Source of the DNA: an uncultured Pseudobdellovibrionaceae bacterium
GTDB taxonomy: Bacteria; Bdellovibrionota; Bdellovibrionia; Bdellovibrionales; JAGQZY01
Direction: 5' to 3'
Length of the DNA stretch: 64,000 nt
Assembly: GCA_964588335.1 (NCBI GenBank)
Contig: CAZPOV010000009.1
Location: 64,433-128,432, forward strand
The notes below the pieces were generated by a model. That model made no database searches and was not told where the DNA came from. It worked only from the letters and a program-made list of their open reading frames with translations. Positions within the stretch are counted from its first letter, which is position 1. The number at the start of each line of letters is the position of its first letter. This document shows, one piece after another, positions 50,175-58,118 of this stretch. The position numbers and the translations under genes are program-made.

Positions 50175-50858
50175 TCAATCGCAGGTGCATATGTAGAAGA
50201 TACTGTTGCCTTTGCTGGTCGCTTCCAAACCAGTGGTTATGCAGTCACCAAGACTACCACCACCGGTGCAGCAATTTCTGAAATCTTTTTTTGGGTCAGG
50301 AAGTTTACCGGCTTGCAAAAATAAGGTGTCGCCACAAATGGGGGCTCGTTTCGGGTAGCAACTTTTCACGAAGCTTTTATTGTTCACAACCACTGGAATT
50401 CGTAAATGCACAGGTGTCATTTGGGTATTACTGCCGCCTTGCCTCAGTCTTTCAACGCCCATAAGAAGCTCAAGTTCGCCGATGCTGTTCGGGCCTTTGA
50501 CAGAAAGGTTTCGAATGTGGGCGTGAGTGATTTTCAAATGGTCGTAAACATTGTCCTTTGAGGCAGGGTCATAAAGGACACGGCCTAGATCATTTTCAAT
50601 ACGTATATTCTGCGGATCTTGATTGTTTTTAATTCTCATTTTTTGCAAAAGGGCCAGGCAGTGGGTACGATCACCCAATATTTGTTCCACCTCTTGCATC
50701 AGGTGGATTCGAGACAGGCGGTCTTCCATATAACTGATTTGCTGATTTTGGGAGTTAATAAATTGCGCAGCTCCTAAACTTATAATCAGCATAAGGCCAG
50801 CAACCATCATTGCTTCAATCAGAGAAAATCCAGATGCGTTGCCAAGAAGTTGTTTCAT
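50175..50858 (-). CDS. type IV pilin-like protein
   Basis: SG|FSLIEAMMV N-methylation motif with Glu5; Cys-rich end. Confidence 0.85.
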   Translation of the reverse strand: MKQLLGNASGFSLIEAMMVAGLMLIISLGAAQFINSQNQQISYMEDRLSRIHLMQEVEQILGDRTHCLALLQKMRIKNNQDPQNIRIENDLGRVLYDPASKDNVYDHLKITHAHIRNLSVKGPNSIGELELLMGVERLRQGGSNTQMTPVHLRIPVVVNNKSFVKSCYPKRAPICGDTLFLQAGKLPDPKKDFRNCCTGGGSLGDCITTGLEATSKGNSIFYICTCD

Positions 50859-50864
50859 AGGGTC

Positions 50865-50891
50865 TTATCGGAGAAAAACCCTGGGAAATTA
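50865..50891 (-). promoter_or_regulatory. putative sigma28 promoter
   Basis: minus strand TAAT-N15-TCCGATAA ending 6 nt before the ATG. Confidence 0.5.
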
Positions 50892-52013
50892 AATAAAGCG
50901 AATGGGGGCAAGGCCTCCCCATTGGGTTTTCATATTAGTGGTTTGACCTTGGTAGAGTCGGGCCCCATAGTTCTGCACTTCACCGGCAAATGTAAAGAAC
51001 CGAAGATCAAATTTCATAGTAAACTCTTCATCATCGCGATGAAATTGACGTTTGCCAGCCGGGCAATACTCCTGGGCAATGAAGTCGGGCGTGTAGAGAG
51101 CCTCAAAGGCTTTTTTTGAAATGCTTTTACCAGCAAATGCGCCTTTACTTCCGTAGCCTTTGCTGGGCTTGAAAAAATACTTTTTTCTTTGTGACCAAAG
51201 GTCATCTTTGCTTTCAAATTCCGAAAAAAGTCGGGTTTCAGGAATGATCCCCGCGAGCTGACGGTCTTTTTCAAGCAAGTGGTTTCGCAAAACATTCAAA
51301 CGCCTTTTGTCTGCCAAAAGCGCATATTCACGGGGATTAGGAGAAAACATTTTCTGCTTTTTATAGTAGGCTTCGCGTGGGGCTTGAGACTTATCACTGG
51401 AAAAATAAAAATCGGTATAACGATTGTAAATGTTAGATTCTGCATGGCTGGCAAAACGATCCAGTGAGATAATGTTGGTCGGATACCCTTGCCGTGTGAG
51501 CCATTCTTTAAAGATTAAAAATTCGAAGAATAAGCCTTCTTTTTCCGGCTGCTCATCGAAAATGCTTATCCGGTCCTTTGGCTTCAGATTAAAGGCCTTT
51601 ACAAAACTCTTGAGAAGATCATCCATCTGCGGAGGTTCACAAACGTCAGCTTGGGCGCATCGTTGCAGAACAAGCGGTAGGTAGAGTGACGCATTGGTAT
51701 TGATTTCAATCAATTTAAGTCCAACGTCCTCACTGTAGTGAAAATCAAAACAAGTTAAAATACTTTCGTTAGTTGGCCAATCATGAAACTCCACAGGCAA
51801 AGAAAGTTCGTTTTGGTATTTTTTTTCTTCTTTGATTTCGTAGACAAGTTTTACGAACTGTTTGATTTGCGGAAGAATTTTTTTGGGAATTTCGAGAACA
51901 AAGGGAGAGAACAGGTGAGGGTTGATGAGATCATGTTTATCAATCTCCTCAAAAGCCTCTGGGAAGCAAAATTCTATATAAGCCAATAAAGGTTTAAGAT
52001 GATCAGCGGCCAT
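50889..52013 (-). CDS. ATP-grasp-like ligase (glutathione/glutathionylspermidine synthetase-like)
   Basis: DFH..LKLIEINTN, KPSKGYGSKG, IAQEY, KFDLR, ARLYQGQTTN. Confidence 0.65.
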   Translation of the reverse strand: MAADHLKPLLAYIEFCFPEAFEEIDKHDLINPHLFSPFVLEIPKKILPQIKQFVKLVYEIKEEKKYQNELSLPVEFHDWPTNESILTCFDFHYSEDVGLKLIEINTNASLYLPLVLQRCAQADVCEPPQMDDLLKSFVKAFNLKPKDRISIFDEQPEKEGLFFEFLIFKEWLTRQGYPTNIISLDRFASHAESNIYNRYTDFYFSSDKSQAPREAYYKKQKMFSPNPREYALLADKRRLNVLRNHLLEKDRQLAGIIPETRLFSEFESKDDLWSQRKKYFFKPSKGYGSKGAFAGKSISKKAFEALYTPDFIAQEYCPAGKRQFHRDDEEFTMKFDLRFFTFAGEVQNYGARLYQGQTTNMKTQWGGLAPIRFI

Positions 52014-52055
52014 AGATAACGGCTCTAATGAAAAGAGCCGTCCCGGTTAGAAGGA

Positions 52056-52580
52056 TTAATTAACAGCGACGTGTTTGTCGCCAGGAGACCAGCCGGCGCC
52101 ACAGAGTTCGCCGGATTGAAGGCCTTGTAAGACACGAAGAATTTCTCCAGCATCGCGGCCAACAGAGAGGTTGTGAATTCCCATGTATTGAATGGTTCCT
52201 TCAGGATCGATGATAAATGTTCCGCGCGTGGCAATTCCCTCGTCTTCAAGAAGAACTCCATAATCGCGACTCAATCGTTTGGTGACATCACCGATTAAGG
52301 GGTATCCCAAGTCTTTCAAATCATCTTGGATCCAGCGTTTGTGGGAATGAACAGAATCAATACTGCATCCAACAACTTCAGCGCCAAGCTCTTTAAATTT
52401 CGGCAAGGCTTCACGAAACTGGGTGATTTCAGTGGGGCAGACAAAAGTAAAATCTAGGGGATAGAAGAATAAGACTGTCCATTTCCCTTTAAAGTCCGTC
52501 AAATGAATGTCTTTAAATTCTCCGCCATCAATAACTGCAGGAGCAGTGAATTGAGGGGCTGGTTGACCGATCATAGGCAT
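52056..52580 (-). CDS. ahpC: 2-Cys peroxiredoxin (AhpC/Prx1)
   Basis: FFYPLDFTFVCPTE, RGTFIIDP, GELCGAGW. Confidence 0.93.
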   Translation of the reverse strand: MPMIGQPAPQFTAPAVIDGGEFKDIHLTDFKGKWTVLFFYPLDFTFVCPTEITQFREALPKFKELGAEVVGCSIDSVHSHKRWIQDDLKDLGYPLIGDVTKRLSRDYGVLLEDEGIATRGTFIIDPEGTIQYMGIHNLSVGRDAGEILRVLQGLQSGELCGAGWSPGDKHVAVN

Positions 52581-52698
52581 AATCCGGCTCCTTATTAGTG
52601 AGTTCAGTATCCATGTTTAGAACCATCGAGCCAGCGAGTCAAAAGGGAATTGAATTCCTGAAACCATTCGTCTAGTTTGGCCAAAAAAGAGGTGTGTC

Positions 52699-53469
52699 AT
52701 GAAATTGGTGACGTGGAATGTAAATGGTATACGTGCCTGCCAAAAAAAGGGCTTTTTAGACTTTGTGGAACGCGAAAAGCCTGAAATTCTCTGTATCCAG
52801 GAAACCAAGGCTCATACAGAGCAATTGGATGAAGAGATTATCAATCCCCTGAATTATGACAGCTTTTGGACCTCGGCTTCGACGCGCAATGGTTATTCTG
52901 GTGTCGCCACCTATTCTCTGTTGCCGGTGGAAAACGTTGAGCATGGAATCGGCATTAAAAAGTTCGACGATGAGGGTCGCTTTGTGGTGACCCAGATTCA
53001 TGACATTTTGCTCTACAATGTCTACTTCCCCAATGGTTCAGCTCGTGAAGAACGGCATCATTTTAAGCAAGAATTCTTAAAAAAATTTTTACGGCACCTG
53101 ATGAAACAGATCGCTACCGGGCAAAAAGTCATCGTTGTTGGCGACTATAATGTGGCTCACACCGATATTGATGTTCATGATCCGGTACGTCTCAGCTCAG
53201 TCAGTGGTTTTTTGCCGGAAGAGCAAGAGTGGATGTCACAGTTTCTGGATGCTGGCTTTATCGATAGCTTTCGATATTTTCATCCCGATGAAAAAGAACG
53301 ATTCACTTGGTGGTCGTATCGCGAAATGGCACGACCAGCGAATCGAGGCTGGAGAATTGATTACATCTGTGTTTCTGAAAACCTAAAATCACAACTCAAA
53401 TCGGCTAATATCCTAGATCAACAGATGGGGTCTGATCATTGCCCGGTGGTTGTTGAGTTGGAAGTCTAA
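52699..53469 (+). CDS. xth: exodeoxyribonuclease III
   Basis: WNVNGIRA, QETK, GYSGVA, YFPNG, GDYN, GWRIDY, SDHCP. Confidence 0.95.
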   Translation: MKLVTWNVNGIRACQKKGFLDFVEREKPEILCIQETKAHTEQLDEEIINPLNYDSFWTSASTRNGYSGVATYSLLPVENVEHGIGIKKFDDEGRFVVTQIHDILLYNVYFPNGSAREERHHFKQEFLKKFLRHLMKQIATGQKVIVVGDYNVAHTDIDVHDPVRLSSVSGFLPEEQEWMSQFLDAGFIDSFRYFHPDEKERFTWWSYREMARPANRGWRIDYICVSENLKSQLKSANILDQQMGSDHCPVVVELEV

Positions 53470-54015
53470 ATGTTTGGTCGGTTATTATTTTTACTCACCG
53501 TCGTCCCCTTTCTTGAACTTTATTTTTTAATTCAATTGAGTGATTCCATCGGGTTTGGAAACACAATATTGATCGTTTTGGTTACCGGTGTGCTTGGGGC
53601 TTGGATGCTCCGTTTGCAAGGTCATTCGATACTGCTGGAAATGCAAAAACAGGGGGCTCAGGGACAATTACCGTCAGAGGCGATCGCCAAAGGGTTTTTA
53701 ACTTTTATCGGTGGAGTCTTGTTGTTAACTCCGGGAATATTAACCGATGCTTTGGGGCTAAGCCTGATCTTTCCTGTGACTCAGCTGTTATGGAAAAAGT
53801 TTTTTATGGGCCAATGGGAGAAGGGTGTTAAGTCTGGAAACATTCATGTGTTTTCAAATCAAGGTTTTCAAACACCTCGGCCCCGGGAGGATCCGTTCGG
53901 TCGTCAGCAGCGGAATCCCTTTGAAGATTTGCAAAGACCTCGACAAGTCGATAGCGACGTGATTGATGTTGAAGTTCGCTCTTCAAAGACAGTTGATAAG
54001 AAGGAAGACAACTGA
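53470..54015 (+). CDS. fxsA: FxsA family protein
   Basis: PFLELY, GGVLLLTPGILTDALG. Confidence 0.9.
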   Translation: MFGRLLFLLTVVPFLELYFLIQLSDSIGFGNTILIVLVTGVLGAWMLRLQGHSILLEMQKQGAQGQLPSEAIAKGFLTFIGGVLLLTPGILTDALGLSLIFPVTQLLWKKFFMGQWEKGVKSGNIHVFSNQGFQTPRPREDPFGRQQRNPFEDLQRPRQVDSDVIDVEVRSSKTVDKKEDN

Positions 54016-54240
54016 TCTTTTTGCTTCGTTTTGTCACAAAGCGCTAACATTTTTTTCTGAGAAAATTTGTCTCATTTTTTTTAAAAGAAAAATTCTTTGT
54101 ATTTCATGATGTCAAAAAATCCGATTCTGTGACATTCAGTCTCATCCAATAAAAGCGACCCTTTCGACTTCGGTTAGGGCTTTGCCAGTCTTTATTTTTA
54201 GGAATAAAAGATCTCCGTAACATTTTACTAGGGGGAACCT

Positions 54241-54783
54241 ATGAAACTCGCGATTTTAATTTTTTCAATGGGCTTAACAATTAACGCCAATGCGAATTTT
54301 ACTGATTTTAGTGAAACCGGGAGTAGTGCAGCTCAAAATCTTCCAGGAATTATAAATCAGTCAAAAGTGGACGAAATTGTATGTGAAGGCAATTATACAA
54401 TTAAAGACCATATGGCTCGAATGGGTTTTATTATTCGCAACCTACGCGAATTGGTCAATGATTTGATCGACGGCAGTAGCGCCGACGAACTCAAAGCTGT
54501 GGTCATGATCGATAGCCAAGTTCTGCGCACCCATCTGATTGCTGTTTTGCCACAAACACCGACGAAAATAAAAAACATCGATATTGATAATCTTCAGAAA
54601 AATAAGCTGATCTTTCAGCGCTATCTGCTAAAGATGATCTCATACACCATCGACATCGAAGAGGCCCTTCTTGTTCGACCGATCACACCTGATGAGATTG
54701 CGGCCCAGCGCTTAAAAATTGCCAACTCAATCATTAGAATTGATGAAACTGTTCAAGAGGCTCACAATTTATTTCGCTTTTAA
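54241..54783 (+). CDS. secreted helical protein, cytochrome b562-like pattern
   Basis: signal peptide; IKDHM..M in the first helix and terminal EAH.LFR. Confidence 0.5.
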   Translation: MKLAILIFSMGLTINANANFTDFSETGSSAAQNLPGIINQSKVDEIVCEGNYTIKDHMARMGFIIRNLRELVNDLIDGSSADELKAVVMIDSQVLRTHLIAVLPQTPTKIKNIDIDNLQKNKLIFQRYLLKMISYTIDIEEALLVRPITPDEIAAQRLKIANSIIRIDETVQEAHNLFRF

Positions 54784-54883
54784 GCGACACTCCGAAATGG
54801 AGTCCTCTGTCTAGGGACCGGTTTCAGTGCGAGGTCTTTGTTTGGTATTGGATGGTGCTTTCAAAATTGGTTGTTGTGCTGGT

Positions 54884-54905
54884 GGAAGAGGGTGGTCCCT
54901 CTTCC
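54884..54905. terminator. perfect 9-bp hairpin between convergent genes
   Basis: GGAAGAGGG-TGGT-CCCTCTTCC. Confidence 0.45.
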
Positions 54906-54942
54906 TAGATAAACCGGCGAGCATGCGACAATAAGCTTTAAG

Positions 54943-55878
54943 CTACGCCAGTAAAAGCTTCAGGGCATAGGCGCTGTAGGCCATGAACATTAAGAATCCC
55001 ATCCCTCTTCTTAGAACAGGATGGTTCAGCAGATACAACACCAGGACCAATGCGGTGGCGCCGGCCATGATATAAAAGTCGAACTCTAAAAAGCGTTGGT
55101 TCAGTTCAAGGGTAAAAAACGTTGCTACGGCACCTGGAATCGCCAGAGTGTTAATGACGTTTGAACCGATCACATTGGCGATCGCAATATCGCTGTGGCC
55201 GCGAAAAGCGGCGGCTACAGAGGTTGCTAACTCAGGAAGGCCCGTGCCTGCCGAAATAATGGTGACAGCGATCACTCGCTCGGAAAGACCGGCGTATTGA
55301 CCCAAAGCCACGCCCCCGCGAAGGGCCAATTCGGCTCCCATGACTAAGCCTCCAAAACTTAAAACGAAAAAGAAGAATGTACGCACTTGCGACTTAGATT
55401 CCAGGTTTTCAAATTCGGATTCAGGCTCACGTTTGCGGAAGAATGAAAAAACGAAAAACGTCAGCAATGTGCCAAGAAAAATTAACCCTTCGACCTGAGA
55501 CAGCTCAAGATTTAAAAGTGAAATATAATAGAGAGTTGTGGCGCCAACTAAGACCATCCACGAGACAAAAGTTCCACGAATGTTACCGCGAGGTTGAAAG
55601 AATAATGAGATTCCTCCGACCGCTAAGATATTAAAAGTGTTGGAGCCCATCAGGTTGCCGATAGCAATGTCACTGCTGCCACGAAATCCAGCGAGTACGC
55701 TGGTGACAATCTCTGGGGCTGAAGTGCCGGCGGCAATGATGGTGGCGGCGATCACGGAAGTTGGAACATTCCAACGTCGAGCAATCCGCACTGAGGTTTC
55801 CACAAGTTTGTCTCCAGACAATATGAGGAGAGTGAAGCCAGCCAAGAGTATTAAGATATTAGAAAGAACTACGACCAC
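54943..55878 (-). CDS. calcium/sodium antiporter (YrbG/CaCA)
   Basis: two alpha repeats GTSAPE...GSN and GTGLPE...GSN. Confidence 0.92.
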   Translation of the reverse strand: MVVVLSNILILLAGFTLLILSGDKLVETSVRIARRWNVPTSVIAATIIAAGTSAPEIVTSVLAGFRGSSDIAIGNLMGSNTFNILAVGGISLFFQPRGNIRGTFVSWMVLVGATTLYYISLLNLELSQVEGLIFLGTLLTFFVFSFFRKREPESEFENLESKSQVRTFFFFVLSFGGLVMGAELALRGGVALGQYAGLSERVIAVTIISAGTGLPELATSVAAAFRGHSDIAIANVIGSNVINTLAIPGAVATFFTLELNQRFLEFDFYIMAGATALVLVLYLLNHPVLRRGMGFLMFMAYSAYALKLLLA

Positions 55879-55941
55879 GGGCTAAATCCTATACGACATT
55901 TGTAGGGGAGTCCACGACGGACCTGTCCATTTTAGGCGACT

Positions 55942-56424
55942 ATGCTAGCATGGAAGGATATGTATCTCATGCGGATTTTCTTTATCAGCTGCGTTTTGTT
56001 GCTGCCCCAATGGGGACACAGTCTTTGCGTCAGTGTCAGCCAGGCTAACCTTAGGGCTGAGCCCAAAGCCAGTAGTAAACTTCTATGGACAGTGGGTCGC
56101 TATATGCCTTTGCTTGAGGTGGACTACCAAAATGGTTGGTATCTAGTAAAAGATCTCGAGGGTAAAAAAATGTGGATATATAGTAGTCTGGTTTCAGAAG
56201 ACTTTGATTGCGCCGTTATTAAGGTCAGTACCACCAACTTAAGGAGTTTACCCAACCCGACCGCGCCACAAACACCTTTGAGTGTTGCCTATAAGTACCA
56301 GCCCTTCAAAAAGTTACAGCGGGAAGAAAACTGGCTCTATTTGCAAGACTCCTATGGCGGCAAACATTGGGTGATTGATCGCAATCTTTGGGAGCCTTTG
56401 GAGTACACAAAGGTTAGTTACTAA
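55942..56424 (+). CDS. secreted tandem bacterial SH3 domain protein
   Basis: ANLRAEP..GWYLVKD.EG..WI and TNLRSLP..NWLYLQD..G..HWV. Confidence 0.8.
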   Translation: MLAWKDMYLMRIFFISCVLLLPQWGHSLCVSVSQANLRAEPKASSKLLWTVGRYMPLLEVDYQNGWYLVKDLEGKKMWIYSSLVSEDFDCAVIKVSTTNLRSLPNPTAPQTPLSVAYKYQPFKKLQREENWLYLQDSYGGKHWVIDRNLWEPLEYTKVSY

Positions 56425-56861
56425 AGAGTTTTTGTTCGTATATTAAGCAATTTTTCAAAAGTCTCTTTCCCTTTTTTGTTTGTTAATTGAGCAAAAAAAG
56501 TCTCACTATCAATATAGTTAATAGCTTGAAGCAAAAATATGTTGATGAATTAATAGGTTAGCGACCAAAAGGCCGAACTTTTGGATTCCGCAGTAAACGA
56601 CACTGTAAGAAAATGAAACCTGATTTTAGAACGAGTTAACTCCGCGCCAGTGCTGCATTTTATAAAATTTCTTAGAATTACTTAAAATTAAATTGTGGAA
56701 ACCTGGACCTGACAAAGGCCTGGAATTTCTATGGTTTTTTAATTTTAACCGAATTTCGACTTGCCTTTTTTTCTTCTGATGTGTCTAAATAGATCAGTTC
56801 CAAAGATGGGACAGAATAAGAATTACTAATACTGGCATTAAACACGTTGATAGGGGGGGAA

Positions 56862-57230
56862 ATGTCTAAAATTAGTAAGAGTTTGGTGGAAGAGTGTAAA
56901 TCAAAACTCTTAGGATCCAAGGAAGATCTTCTGAACAGAGTTCAAGATATTCGCAAGAATTTGCACACTGAAGAGAAGGGCGGGGATGAAGCTGACCAAA
57001 CAGTTCGAGTGTTAAACGAGAGCGAAGTTCTTGGGCAACATGATCGAATTAGAAAGCAGCTTTTTGAAATTGAACAAGCCCTGGCTAGAATCGAAGGTGG
57101 AACTTACGGAATCTGTGAAGAGACCGATGAATACATCGAGGCCGAAAGACTTTTGGCAATCCCTTGGACGCGATTAAGCATTGAAGGCGCCGAAATTCGT
57201 GAAAGCCTTAAGCGTAAATACGCGCGATAA
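56862..57230 (+). CDS. dksA: DksA/TraR family regulator, single-Cys type
   Basis: DEADQ tip motif, ALARIEGGTYGICEET, RLLAIPW. Confidence 0.85.
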   Translation: MSKISKSLVEECKSKLLGSKEDLLNRVQDIRKNLHTEEKGGDEADQTVRVLNESEVLGQHDRIRKQLFEIEQALARIEGGTYGICEETDEYIEAERLLAIPWTRLSIEGAEIRESLKRKYAR

Positions 57231-57882
57231 GTTTTTGAATTGTTTTTGTATACTGGTGGCTGTGCTTGTCATGGTTGCCAGTTGTCAGTCGTCAGATATC
57301 CAATCTGCAAAACGACGTCCGGCCAATAGTACACAGACATTGGCCTTCTCAGTTCAGCCGCAATGTCCGGAGCGCACCGAGCGAGCCGCTTTCACTACGA
57401 CAGTGGATATTAACAGGTGTCTCAGTAATTACGTCCATGATCGCACTGAGCATGGAGTCCGCCGTCATCTTTGGTGTTATGACTCTCATAAAAGCCACGA
57501 AAGATTTTTACGCAACAACATGTATCCTCAAAAAATGTTTTTGGATCAGAATATTCGCTATGAATTGCCGACTCATGATCCGGAGATTCGATTGCAGTTG
57601 GTGACCAACGCATCTTTTTATTATATCCAAGGCATTGCATCGGACGGAACCGAGGTGTCTGCCGATGACATGCGGCAAGCCCTTCAATCCGTCGCCGGTC
57701 TTCATGGGGCGCCACTGTCCCTTTTTCGTTGCGAATGCCGTCTCAACCAGGCGGAGTTGGAAAATTCAATGAACCAATGCCAACAGCAGCTAACAAGCGC
57801 CCCCAGAGATAACACCCTTCACAATGCGACAATGGTGGGTGGAGAAGAGGAAGACTCTCTTGCGAGTCCGACCAGCTTGTAG
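57181..57882 (+). CDS. hypothetical lipoprotein (true start probably downstream)
   Basis: hydrophobic stretch ending VASC; several Cys. Confidence 0.6.
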   Translation: MKAPKFVKALSVNTRDKFLNCFCILVAVLVMVASCQSSDIQSAKRRPANSTQTLAFSVQPQCPERTERAAFTTTVDINRCLSNYVHDRTEHGVRRHLWCYDSHKSHERFLRNNMYPQKMFLDQNIRYELPTHDPEIRLQLVTNASFYYIQGIASDGTEVSADDMRQALQSVAGLHGAPLSLFRCECRLNQAELENSMNQCQQQLTSAPRDNTLHNATMVGGEEEDSLASPTSL

Positions 57883-58118
57883 GGCTCCTTTCATTGCATT
57901 TGCTGACATCTTTATTAAGGCACCGAGAGCTGTTAGCTGAACAATACTAAAAAGAAATCAATTGTGCTTTTGTTCAACGAAGCAGGACCTAATTGTAAAA
58001 GTGCAGCTATTTTCCTGTGGTTTCTCTACAATTCAGTAGATCTGGTCGATGGTAGGTCTTTTTTGTAAATTTTTATACCGATTCCTTTAAGTAACTAACT
58101 CTTGTAAAGGATCAAAAG

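Noticed and set aside
56833-56848. TGGCAT upstream of dksA as a sigma54 promoter
   Set aside because: No GC at the -12 position.
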